Source of the DNA: a virus
Lineage: Duplodnaviria > Caudoviricetes
Direction: 5' to 3' (one strand)
Length of the DNA stretch: 57,014 bases
Virus record (IMG/VR): IMGVR_UViG_3300025430_001249
Span: 1-57,014 of that record
The notes under the pieces are model-generated. The model saw only the letters and a list, made by a program, of their open reading frames with translations, was not told where the DNA came from and did not search any database. Shown in pieces: positions 39,244 through 48,497 of the stretch (within the stretch, counting starts at the first letter, position 1; every line of letters begins with the position of its first letter). A program made the translations under genes and the position numbers.

Positions 39244-40458
39244 ATGCCCCTCACAAAAAATATTGCTGTAATAGGAGCAGGTATTGCAGGTGTAACCATA
39301 GCGTATCAATTGGCACGCTTAGGGTATAACGTAACTGTTTTTGACAAAGAGCGATACCCCGCAATGAAAACCAGTTATGCAAATGGGTCACAGTTGTCTG
39401 TCTGTAATAGCCAAACCTGGAACACATGGAGTACCATAAGCAAGGGCTTAACTTGGCTCTTCAAACAAGATGCCCCTTTATACATAAGCCCCAAAATTGA
39501 TTTAGAAAAAATCAAATGGCTCTCTAAATTTATATGTACAACAGCATATAACCGTCATGTGCAAAATACCACTGCTACGATCAAGCTTGCTTTAGAAAGT
39601 CGCAAAGAAACACTAGACATTGCATTTAAAGAAGATATAAAATTTGATCATGTAAACAAAGGTATACTTCATATCTACACAGATAGAAAAAGTTTTAACG
39701 ATGCATTTAAAGCAGAATCACTGATGACCAGCAACGGTTGTGAATGGGATATATTAGATCCTCAAGCATGCATTATGAAAGAACCTGCATTATCTTCCAA
39801 TCCTAATCTTATAGGTGGCGTGCTTACCTCTAGTGATAGTACTGGTGATATGAATATGTTTATTAATGGATTGGTAAACGTATGCATAGCAAAATACAAC
39901 GTGGCCTTTCGTTTTGAACAAAACATAACAGATATAAATGTAAGCAACCACGGAGTTGTTATAAACGACAGCAGTTTTGACCATGTGGTAATAGCAGCAG
40001 GTGTTGACAGTAATAGATGGGGATGTAAATTTGGCGATAATCTTGGGATTTATCCTGTAAAAGGATATAGTATAACAGTTGATCTACTTGATACTCGTAG
40101 TCAGTCAACTGCTCCGTGGACTAGTTTACTTGATGAGGGTACAAAAATTGTATGTTCGAGATTAGGAGCAACTAGATTGCGTGTAGCTGGTACTGCAGAG
40201 TTATCAGGCTATAATCTAGACATAAAACAAAATCGAATAAAACCTCTCCTTGATTGGACACAGCATTGGTTTCCCAATGTTGATACTAGATCTTACCGTC
40301 CTTGGACAGGCTTACGTCCTATGACTCCCAATATGATGCCAATTGTTGGACGAGGTAAGCATCGGCGTGTGTGGTATCATACAGGTCACGGTCATTTAGG
40401 CTGGACGTTGTCCGCTGCTACAGCTAAAAACCTAGCTCTACAAATATATCTAACGTGA
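39244..40458 (+). CDS. dadA: D-amino acid dehydrogenase (FAD-dependent)
   Basis: GAGIAG, TSYANGSQLS, IYPVKGYSIT, RLRVAGTAE, WTGLRPMTP, GHGHLGWT. Confidence 0.9.
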   Translation: MPLTKNIAVIGAGIAGVTIAYQLARLGYNVTVFDKERYPAMKTSYANGSQLSVCNSQTWNTWSTISKGLTWLFKQDAPLYISPKIDLEKIKWLSKFICTTAYNRHVQNTTATIKLALESRKETLDIAFKEDIKFDHVNKGILHIYTDRKSFNDAFKAESLMTSNGCEWDILDPQACIMKEPALSSNPNLIGGVLTSSDSTGDMNMFINGLVNVCIAKYNVAFRFEQNITDINVSNHGVVINDSSFDHVVIAAGVDSNRWGCKFGDNLGIYPVKGYSITVDLLDTRSQSTAPWTSLLDEGTKIVCSRLGATRLRVAGTAELSGYNLDIKQNRIKPLLDWTQHWFPNVDTRSYRPWTGLRPMTPNMMPIVGRGKHRRVWYHTGHGHLGWTLSAATAKNLALQIYLT

Positions 40459-40463
40459 TTTGA

Positions 40464-40491
40464 TTGACAGCAATTATTTTAATGCTATTAT
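40464..40491 (+). promoter_or_regulatory. sigma70-type promoter of the ligase gene
   Basis: TTGACA-16-TATTAT; GGAG SD downstream. Confidence 0.6.
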
Positions 40492-40514
40492 GCTGCTAAG
40501 AATGGAGCAAAATT

Positions 40515-41354
40515 ATGAAATCTGCTGCTGATGTTGTTTTGGCGTTGGAAGTTACTAGTGGTCGTTTGGATAAAGAACGGATTGTGCAAGATGCATGGGA
40601 CCTAAAAATCACAGAATTCTTCGAAGGGGCTCTGATGGCATATGATGCATTGCGCACATATGGCGTTAAAAAAGTACCTCTTATTGAAGGTGACGATTAT
40701 TCAAATTTTGTTTCAACATTTGACTGGGATAGATTCAAAGCTATTGCGCACAAACTTGAAAAACGCGAATTGACGGGTAATCAAGCACGAGACGTTCTTA
40801 GAGCCGCCGCCGATGCTGCCGCAGTTAAAGATTGGAACTGGTTTTATCGCAGGGTACTGCTTAAGGATCTTAAATGTGGTATCACAGAAACCACAATTAA
40901 TAAAATTTTGGAAAAGAACGGTGATAGTGCTAAAAAATACATTATTCCTGTTTTTTCATGTCAACTTGCTAAGAATGGTGATGATCATCCTAAAAAAATG
41001 ACCGGAGCAAAACTACTTGATATGAAACTAGACGGATGTTTGTCGGCACAATGGGAAATTGAATTTGATGATGGGCAAAAAGTATCCATCGCTGAAGTTG
41101 TTGATAATAAAATATCTGGTAAAATTAAATCCTTTAATACCTTAACTGGTAAAATTGAGTTTAATACTATAACAAACTGGGCCAAAAATGCCAAGGATAT
41201 TAATGATGACACAATTAAATGGTATCGCATTACATTAGAAAATGGTAAACTGTTGCCGCCATTAACTGGTAATCATTTGGTATGGTTACCAAATATTAAA
41301 TGTTGGCGAAGGGTTGATTTACTAAAAGTTGGTGATAAATTGCTGGAAAAATAA
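40515..41354 (+). CDS. lig: ATP-dependent DNA ligase N-terminal part fused to split intein N-half
   Basis: R.LTGN, KDLKCG, CQLA, motif I KLDG, then intein block A C-LSAQW (from 41037) and block B LTGNH, ending in a stop. Confidence 0.9.
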   Translation: MKSAADVVLALEVTSGRLDKERIVQDAWDLKITEFFEGALMAYDALRTYGVKKVPLIEGDDYSNFVSTFDWDRFKAIAHKLEKRELTGNQARDVLRAAADAAAVKDWNWFYRRVLLKDLKCGITETTINKILEKNGDSAKKYIIPVFSCQLAKNGDDHPKKMTGAKLLDMKLDGCLSAQWEIEFDDGQKVSIAEVVDNKISGKIKSFNTLTGKIEFNTITNWAKNAKDINDDTIKWYRITLENGKLLPPLTGNHLVWLPNIKCWRRVDLLKVGDKLLEK

Positions 41355-41357
41355 AGT

Positions 41358-41416
41358 AATACACCATCAAGTTTATAGTCTGTGATAAATACGGTACAAT
41401 AAACTTGGCAGGTATT
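41358..41416 (+). promoter_or_regulatory. hairpin with late promoter in its loop, occluding the endonuclease translation start
   Basis: CAAGTTTAT (41368-76)/ATAAACTTG (41399-407) stem, outer AATAC/GTATT pairing, TAAATA at 41386-41391. Confidence 0.6.
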
Positions 41417-41419
41417 TCT

Positions 41420-42304
41420 ATGTCGTATTGTAAATTTTGTAAAAAAACAAATATTAGTCCTAGTCATTATTGTAGGACTATGAAAAGTCAGGCACGATTA
41501 GAGCCTTTTGACAGCCTGTTAAGACAAATGTTGATAGTTGAAAAAATGCCAATCTATAGAATGGAACAAACAAGCGAAGAATGGGCTGGAATTAAAATTA
41601 GTGGAGCACATTTACGAGATTGGTGCAGAATAAATGGAATTACCACTATGAGTATTAAAGAATCTGCAAACTTATTATCAACACGAGAACAATATAAATC
41701 AACTGTAGAACAAAGATACGGAGTTGATAATGTTTCTAAATCAACGTCAATAAAAGAAAAAAAGGTATCAACCAATCAAGATAGGCATGGGGTTGACAAT
41801 CCTTTTCAAAGGGCAGAAATAAAAGACAAAATAACTACAACTCTTTTGGAAAAATATGGTGTTTCTAACGCTCGGTACCTACCTCGTTCTACAGACAAGC
41901 ATATGTTAACAAAACCGCATCAAAAGTTGTCAAACTGGTTACTTGATCAAGGTTTTGTACACGAAAACGAAATTCCCAATTTATTTCCTAAAAAGCGTAG
42001 TAAAAATAACAGAATATATTCCCCGATAGTTGATATATGGATGCAACAATATAGAATTGTGATAGAAATATTTGGTACCTATTGGCATGCTGACCCGAGA
42101 GTATATTATCCAAGTGATATCATTCAATTACATATTGGTCCTACTACTGCCCAAGAAATTTGGGAAAATGATAAGTTGCGACAGGAGCATATAGAATCCT
42201 TTAATGTGACAGTTATCACGATATGGGAAATTGACATTAAAAAAAGCTTTGACAAAGTTAAAGAATTAATACACAATACCGTCAACCTAACCAACTCGTA
42301 TTGA
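41420..42304 (+). mobile_element. free-standing Vsr-like/PD-(D/E)XK homing endonuclease between the intein halves
   Basis: YGV.N repeats, then VDIW....IVIEIFGTYWH...D..R......VITIWE.D. Confidence 0.8.
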
Positions 42305-42314
42305 GGAAAATATT

Positions 42315-43253
42315 ATGACGTTTGTTACAATTAAGGCGATCGAAGAAATTACTGAGCAGTTTGATCGTTATGATTTAGAAGTTGAAAATGTTAGTAATTT
42401 TTTTGCTAATAATGTTCTAGTTCATAATTGTCGAATTATAAGTATTCTTGATAAAACAAAGAATACAGTTACTCAATATAGCCGAGACGGCCGCCTTAAT
42501 GAAAATTTTCCGCAAATTGCTGCCAATCTTGCTAAACTATTACCAATAATTAAAACCAGTATGGTGTTTGACGGGGAAATGGTAAGCCGTAACTTCCAAG
42601 CATTGATGAAACAGCTTAATCGCAAGGATGACGTTGATACAACTGATGCGAAACTAGCACTGTTTGATTGTTTGCCATTGGAAGATTTTCTGCAAGGCGA
42701 ATGTACGCTTACTCAAACACAACGACACAGTGCTTTGGTTGAATTTCAGCCATTGCTTAGTCAAATATCTAACGGAACTGTTTATGTTGTACCTAAACTA
42801 TGGGTCAACTTAGACACGACCGAGGGACAAAAAACATTTGGAGAATTTAATCGAGATACTGTGGCTGCTGGCTATGAAGGTATTATGATTAAGGATCCAG
42901 AGTCAACTTATAAAACAAAACGCACAGATGCTTGGCTTAAGATTAAACCTTTTATCACTGTAGATCTAGAAGTCATAGCGTTTGAACCTGGTAAAACTGA
43001 AAGTCGATTTGCAAATACACTTGGCGGATTGGTTTGTCAGGGTACAGACCAAGGCAAGTTAATTCAGGTAACGGTTGGCAGTGGTTTTAGTGAAGAATTG
43101 CGTGATCAAATTTGGACCAATAGAGATACGGTAAAAGGTAGAATTGTTGAGATCAAAAGTGATGGTGTAACGCAAAATCAAGATAGTACATACAGCTTGC
43201 GGTTTCCAGTATTTATGCAGTTTCGAGGTTGGGAGCCAGGTGAGAAGATTTAA
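42315..43253 (+). CDS. lig: split intein C-half (38 aa) fused to DNA ligase C-terminal part
   Basis: YDLEV...NFFANNVLVHN|C (blocks F/G, ending 42428), then SRDGR, FDGE, LFD, EGIMIKD, WLKIKP, VGSGFS, SLRFPVF. Confidence 0.92.
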   Translation: MTFVTIKAIEEITEQFDRYDLEVENVSNFFANNVLVHNCRIISILDKTKNTVTQYSRDGRLNENFPQIAANLAKLLPIIKTSMVFDGEMVSRNFQALMKQLNRKDDVDTTDAKLALFDCLPLEDFLQGECTLTQTQRHSALVEFQPLLSQISNGTVYVVPKLWVNLDTTEGQKTFGEFNRDTVAAGYEGIMIKDPESTYKTKRTDAWLKIKPFITVDLEVIAFEPGKTESRFANTLGGLVCQGTDQGKLIQVTVGSGFSEELRDQIWTNRDTVKGRIVEIKSDGVTQNQDSTYSLRFPVFMQFRGWEPGEKI

Positions 43254-43516
43254 TGACAACGGATACATTGCAGGACCTAATAAGTGCTAATTTTTGGGGC
43301 CCAAAACGTATTTCGTCTATTGATACACTGAGTAACCAAGAAATTTGGAATGCGGTGATGGCTAGAAAAAATAGACCTATTCGCCGAAAATTACAAAAGA
43401 CAAATATTAATCTATGTTTTCTCACAGATTTGGCTTATAAAAAAGCTGAACACGTTGTAACATGTAATTTTGATAGGACCTGGGCAACGTTATCCTGGGA
43501 ATACGATGATGTCTAA
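43253..43516 (+). CDS. hypothetical protein
   Basis: TAATG overlap with the ligase stop. Confidence 0.55.
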   Translation: MTTDTLQDLISANFWGPKRISSIDTLSNQEIWNAVMARKNRPIRRKLQKTNINLCFLTDLAYKKAEHVVTCNFDRTWATLSWEYDDV

Positions 43517-43517
43517 T

Positions 43518-43694
43518 ATGACAGATTATTTTTTTATTGGTTTGATTTTAATGTTACCTGTTGCTGGCATATTGTTTGGTGTAGTTTGGAATCTATTCAA
43601 ATTTTTAGTTCGTGTTTTCCGAAATTGCTGCTATTGGTGGCATTATCGACGATACCGCATTAACAAACGTCAAAAGATTGAACCACTATTATGA
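43518..43694 (+). CDS. small membrane protein
   Basis: one TM helix plus basic tail; ATGA overlap downstream. Confidence 0.5.
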   Translation: MTDYFFIGLILMLPVAGILFGVVWNLFKFLVRVFRNCCYWWHYRRYRINKRQKIEPLL

Positions 43695-43993
43695 TTTGTA
43701 ATGTTGAAAAACTGAACAATTACCAGCGGCCTGATATAATTCAATATGTGTATGATCACTGCGTAGCTATACAACCTGAACAACGGGTTGATCTCTATCG
43801 TATGACACAATGGTGCATTAATAATATAAGCGAAAGACGTGACGGTGATATCTTATTCGAAGCAATGGATGGACAATTGGACTATTTTGACGGAGATTGG
43901 CAGGATTTTGTCAATCATCTAGACTTGTCACAATATCTATTTTGGTTTTATAAAAAACAAGACAGAACATTGTTTACCTTGACATGGTTATAA
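43691..43993 (+). CDS. hypothetical phage protein
   Basis: WC...FWF....D...F.L.W pattern shared with the next ORF. Confidence 0.6.
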   Translation: MICNVEKLNNYQRPDIIQYVYDHCVAIQPEQRVDLYRMTQWCINNISERRDGDILFEAMDGQLDYFDGDWQDFVNHLDLSQYLFWFYKKQDRTLFTLTWL

Positions 43994-44012
43994 AAGCATG
44001 CTAGTATAGTTC

Positions 44013-44342
44013 GTGGGAAGATTTATTTTATTAGATGAAATGCTTGACAATGATCACTGGTTAATTCCCGTAGATCTTGTTAGATATGACCGTCGCTACT
44101 CTCCGTGGCCTAATGAATTATTTCCGTATAATCTTACTGTTAGCGGTTATGCCATACAAAATGGTTATAATAGCATAAAAATGCGACGGTTTTGTGAACA
44201 ACAGTGTCGAGGTGACATTGCTGTTGACAAAGTATATACTAATAGCGGCTATCGATTGGTGTGGCAATTTTGGTTTGAGCTTGAATATGACTATACATTG
44301 TTTGATAACGCATGGAAACCGTACATAATGGAAGCAACATAA
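44013..44342 (+). CDS. hypothetical phage protein (distantly similar to the previous one)
   Basis: FC...FWFE...D...F...W; preceded by TTGACA-17-TAGTAT. Confidence 0.6.
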   Translation: MGRFILLDEMLDNDHWLIPVDLVRYDRRYSPWPNELFPYNLTVSGYAIQNGYNSIKMRRFCEQQCRGDIAVDKVYTNSGYRLVWQFWFELEYDYTLFDNAWKPYIMEAT

Positions 44343-45358
44343 TGACACAGCGTATTGGATTTGCTTGCAAATATATGCTTGATGCTGATGTTAAGAAATC
44401 TAAAGCAATTTTAGAAGCCGAGCGTACGCTTAACACCGGTAGTACTACGGTTGCTTGGCTGAATCGTCAAACTAGAACTGTAGCAGAAGACAAACTATGG
44501 CAGGTGGTGCAACATAATCTCACCAGCGTACGCAATGTATTAGCAATAGTTGCAAAAATGGATCCAAGGCTGCGCATGATGCGGTTGTCTAGCGATTTGC
44601 TGCCAATGTATACTGAAAAAACTTGGGGATATTTTTGGCAACAACCGGATGTAAAAGCGTATTGCCAAAAAGAATTTGCTGTAATTGGCGATTTTGCACG
44701 CACACATGACATCCGTTTGAGCTTCCACCCGGGCCAATTTTGTTGTATAGTTTCTGATAAATCAGATGTAGTCATCAGAAGTATAGAAGAGCTTGAATAT
44801 CATGCAACAATGGCATCTTGGATGGGGTTTTGTAAATCAAAATTAGATTTTAAAATTAATGTCCATCTAAGCGGTAAACTTGGTGTTGATGGATTTAACG
44901 CGGCATGGAACAAGATGAGCACAGAACTTCGATATACATTAACAATTGAAAATGATGAATACCAAGCAGGTTTAGACGATATTCTACTTGTTGGCGATAA
45001 AGCTGGGTTGGTTATTGATTTGCATCATAATTGGATTAAAACTGGAAAATATTTGTCTCCATTAGACGATAGAATACATACAGTAATAGATAGTTGGTGC
45101 GGACAACGGCCAGCATTTCATTATAGTCAATCAAAAATAGAAATCTTACAGCATTACATGACGTCAATACCTGATATAGAGATGCTATTGAAAAAATATT
45201 CAAAAACGGATTTGAGGGCACATAGTAATATGTATAATCATCAAATTATAAACACATGGGCCCTTAGTCATTTAGAATGGGGCGATATGATGGCAGAAAG
45301 TAAATCAAAAAATTTGGCAAGTCAACAACTCTTCAATCAGCTTGAGGTACCCACTTAA
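44342..45358 (+). CDS. uvsE: UV-damage endonuclease (UvdE/UvsE)
   Basis: RIGFAC, RLSSDLLP, RLSFHPGQF, EL.YH, IENDE, DLHH, FHYSQS, RAHS, E.K.K. Confidence 0.9.
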   Translation: MTQRIGFACKYMLDADVKKSKAILEAERTLNTGSTTVAWLNRQTRTVAEDKLWQVVQHNLTSVRNVLAIVAKMDPRLRMMRLSSDLLPMYTEKTWGYFWQQPDVKAYCQKEFAVIGDFARTHDIRLSFHPGQFCCIVSDKSDVVIRSIEELEYHATMASWMGFCKSKLDFKINVHLSGKLGVDGFNAAWNKMSTELRYTLTIENDEYQAGLDDILLVGDKAGLVIDLHHNWIKTGKYLSPLDDRIHTVIDSWCGQRPAFHYSQSKIEILQHYMTSIPDIEMLLKKYSKTDLRAHSNMYNHQIINTWALSHLEWGDMMAESKSKNLASQQLFNQLEVPT

Positions 45359-45379
45359 ATCGCCTTTTACCGTCGTCGT

Positions 45380-45545
45380 CTATATACATCTCACGACGTA
45401 ATCCAGCATATTTGATTTTTTTGTAGCAACTCCATTCATAGTTCTTTTTAATCTTGACTCTGCTGTCATGTTTAAATTTCTTTTGATTGCAATAGCAGAA
45501 AGTTCTTCTTTGCTGGGTTTTCTACGTGTTTTGGGTAAATACCAA
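45380..45545 (-). pseudogene. possible remnant of a NUMOD-type homing endonuclease C-terminus
   Basis: short basic frame with SKEELSAIAIKRNLNMTAESRLKR, similar to the TAESRAK repeats at 34772-35611; no RBS. Confidence 0.35.
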
Positions 45546-45565
45546 GGTACATATTGGAGACTAGC

Positions 45566-46708
45566 ATGAACCTTGGCCAACTTACAAATCCACTAATAAC
45601 TATAATTGCACAGCGACCTGGGGTTGATATGGATGCTGTTACGCATGTTGGACCTGAGATTTCTCAACATCTCAACGCAATAATTAATCTTTGCGATCGT
45701 ATACCAAACAGTCAAAATCTCAAAGATAAAATAGATGATTTACGATCACTTTTTAGCACATATGTCCCAATGCAAGACAACATGCTTGAAAAAGATAATG
45801 TTGCTGAAAGCGTGGTGCATCATTTAAATCAACAAGATCCAATGAATAAAAGTGAGATCAAAATACTAGGTGGCGCTGGTAGGTATACAATGTCAGGGTT
45901 ACGTCGTAAAGCAGCTAGAGAGTCCGCCCAATTGGCTGACGACCTAACAAGTACACATGTTAATTATAAAGCAGCGTCGTATCATGTTAAACAAGTTGCT
46001 AATACAGTCAATACTATAGTTGCAGCACTTAGTGAATTTGAAAAAATAGGCATATCTGAAAATGACAGTGCCCAACAGAGCATTAAAAAATTAGAACATC
46101 AGTTAATTAGTGCAGTTAAACACGATAGATCAGTAGACTATGATGCTATAGATTCTATTATGAAACAAATTTGTGCAGATGATCATATTTCTCCAAAAAT
46201 GTTGCATGACACATTTATGTCTGCCCACGGTACTACACCAGATAATTGGATCAAAAAACAATCAATTGTTGAGCAGCAGGTTAAACATGATGCATTAAAA
46301 GCAGTAGGTGTATTGCGCAACGAACTTGTAAAATATGGTCGAACTGGTAAGCCTATTACAGATGCTGTTGTAGAAAAAATTATGCATGAGGTATTGGCTA
46401 AAACGGGCCGTACAGATATGAATAGCTTGTTGCAAACGTGGAAAAGCAGTAAAGCAGGCCTAACTCCGTTACAATGGGCCAAACAAGCACCAGATATACA
46501 TGACAGAAATATTCATAATACTGATATTAATGCACCTATAGACGAATCAATTAAAGATTTATGTATTATAGAAATGTATGAAACAATGAAAATTGGTCTT
46601 GGTGACAAAGCTTGGGTAGCAATTTCAAAACGATTAAAAGCAGAAGGTTACAATGCGCAACTTGTAGAAGATATTATTGATCGTGCTATAGTCCTTATAA
46701 ATCAATAA
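45566..46708 (+). CDS. late modular hypothetical protein, possibly head-internal
   Basis: TAAATA plus GGAG SD; modules separated by Glu-containing linkers (VAES, ISEN, IVEQ, IDES); two similar ID/VE.IM.......L...F/W.....TP..W.K modules. Confidence 0.65.
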   Translation: MNLGQLTNPLITIIAQRPGVDMDAVTHVGPEISQHLNAIINLCDRIPNSQNLKDKIDDLRSLFSTYVPMQDNMLEKDNVAESVVHHLNQQDPMNKSEIKILGGAGRYTMSGLRRKAARESAQLADDLTSTHVNYKAASYHVKQVANTVNTIVAALSEFEKIGISENDSAQQSIKKLEHQLISAVKHDRSVDYDAIDSIMKQICADDHISPKMLHDTFMSAHGTTPDNWIKKQSIVEQQVKHDALKAVGVLRNELVKYGRTGKPITDAVVEKIMHEVLAKTGRTDMNSLLQTWKSSKAGLTPLQWAKQAPDIHDRNIHNTDINAPIDESIKDLCIIEMYETMKIGLGDKAWVAISKRLKAEGYNAQLVEDIIDRAIVLINQ

Positions 46709-46770
46709 TACATACATTCTATACTTTAGGTCTGCATAAATATTACATTAGGATAATTAAGGGTGATATT

Positions 46771-47121
46771 ATGAGAGCTCGAGAACTGTTTGAAACAAAA
46801 CAAAAAGGTGCAGAATTACCAGATAGTTCTAGAGAAGCATTACCAAATGGTAGCTTAACACCCGATATACCATCTGATTATGAGTTTTATCGATTGTTAA
46901 CAGCTCTAGCGGGCGTACCAGATAGCCCAGATATTCCCCTCAATAGTGTTTTACAAGATAAACCAATTGTTGTTCCGTATACACAATTAGAACACGATCA
47001 AGTGGTTAAAATGTTGAAAAAAATGAAACGAAGTCATGAGCATCTTACGGTTGCACCTAGTGGAGAGATGGAATCAGTTCACAAAATAAGTCCAGTTAGA
47101 GCGTTTAAGGATTATGAATAA
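46771..47121 (+). CDS. hypothetical late protein (paralog of the next gene)
   Basis: MRARELFE N-terminus; Y..YR.L..LA, E...V...S.VR.F.DY. Confidence 0.7.
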   Translation: MRARELFETKQKGAELPDSSREALPNGSLTPDIPSDYEFYRLLTALAGVPDSPDIPLNSVLQDKPIVVPYTQLEHDQVVKMLKKMKRSHEHLTVAPSGEMESVHKISPVRAFKDYE

Positions 47122-47487
47122 ATGCGCCTCATAGATCTATTTGAAGAATACACAACACCAGCATTGCGTCCAAATATTAGGGATACACTCTCCCCTACAG
47201 TTACTATACCTAGCTTACCTAACAGCAATGGTTACGATCAATATAGATATCTTTTGAATATAGCAGCAGCAGAAGCAGTATCAAAAGGTGAGGTTGTTAT
47301 CGACCAAGAAAGCGCATTAAACCAGTCTATTACCATAGTTTGTTATGCTCCAGAAGAAATGAAAATTGTTGATGAAACTGATAAAATCATGGGTGTTAAA
47401 CATAAGGTGATGGTAGCTACAAAAAGCAAGGAACCAGACTGGGTTAACGCAACCAGCACAGTACGAAAATTTATTGACTACAAATAA
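47122..47487 (+). CDS. hypothetical late protein (tandem paralog)
   Basis: MRLIDLFEE N-terminus; same motifs as the previous ORF. Confidence 0.7.
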   Translation: MRLIDLFEEYTTPALRPNIRDTLSPTVTIPSLPNSNGYDQYRYLLNIAAAEAVSKGEVVIDQESALNQSITIVCYAPEEMKIVDETDKIMGVKHKVMVATKSKEPDWVNATSTVRKFIDYK

Positions 47488-47555
47488 ATTTACTTGACCC
47501 AACGTGTTGTGTATGCTATATGTTGTACAGCATAGGCATAAAGGATGCTGTTATT

Positions 47556-48497
47556 ATGGGCGGTAACGTATTTGAGGGTAAAACTTCTAATATTAAATTA
47601 GAATACATTGACACTACACTGGCTGCGTATTTTGATGAACTAAAAGTAATTTTTCCAAAAAAATCTTCTATTTTTAACGAAGCACATTTTGTACCAGTCG
47701 GATCTGTTCGTAAAAAACTATATTCTGGTGACATTGATCTAGCAGTCTCAATAACAGATCTGTTAGATGATTCTAGCAGTGCTGATTCGATTAGTAACTG
47801 GGGGCTTGATATAGTCGAAGTTGAAAAAGAATTTTCAACTTTGGCAAAGCGTGCAAGAACCGCCACAGCACATCAGCTCCGTATAAAAGCATTCTTGAAA
47901 ATATTAGCAGTCTACATTAACACACATGGTAGTAATCTCCATTGTGATGAAAAGAAGGTAACAGACGGGAATTTATTTGGGTTATATCCTCAGATCGATA
48001 CAAATTGGCAGCAGTTAGACATTGGTGTACAAATTGACTGGATGGTGGGTGATATCAAATGGTTGAAATTTTCTTATTATTCTGCAGCATTACCAGTGGG
48101 ATCTAACGTAAAAGGATTACACCGTACACAGTTAATGCTTGCAGCATTTCAAGTGGCAAATTTATCATTTAATCATATTAACGGGGTTAAAGATAAAGAC
48201 ACTGGACTTGTTGTATCTACTGATCCTGATGATGCACTTGCGCTCCTTGGTAATCGATTGGGGCTAAAAGTTATGCAACAGGATGCTGAAAACTATTATA
48301 AACTGCATGCGGTCCTAAAAGAAGGAATGAAGTTTGATGACTACAACCTATTGCTTGATGTTTATTTTAAAATATTAGATTCTACTCGTGCAGACATCCC
48401 TGATGATTTGCAAAATTTGTGGATAGCTCGTCAACACACACTTGGTCTTACAGGTAAGTTTCTACCTGATACGTCAAAATTAAGGGAATTTGTATAA
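47556..48497 (+). CDS. Pol-beta-superfamily nucleotidyltransferase-like protein
   Basis: VGSVRKKLYSGDIDLAV (GS...DxD) plus VQIDWM third Asp; start MGGNVF at 47556; TTGACC-17-TATATG upstream. Confidence 0.7.
   Translation: MGGNVFEGKTSNIKLEYIDTTLAAYFDELKVIFPKKSSIFNEAHFVPVGSVRKKLYSGDIDLAVSITDLLDDSSSADSISNWGLDIVEVEKEFSTLAKRARTATAHQLRIKAFLKILAVYINTHGSNLHCDEKKVTDGNLFGLYPQIDTNWQQLDIGVQIDWMVGDIKWLKFSYYSAALPVGSNVKGLHRTQLMLAAFQVANLSFNHINGVKDKDTGLVVSTDPDDALALLGNRLGLKVMQQDAENYYKLHAVLKEGMKFDDYNLLLDVYFKILDSTRADIPDDLQNLWIARQHTLGLTGKFLPDTSKLREFV

Noticed and set aside
41354-42315. Ligase as a frameshifted pseudogene or group I intron host
   Set aside because: Both halves have intact intein blocks and the C half has its own RBS. 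The spacers are too short for a ribozyme core.
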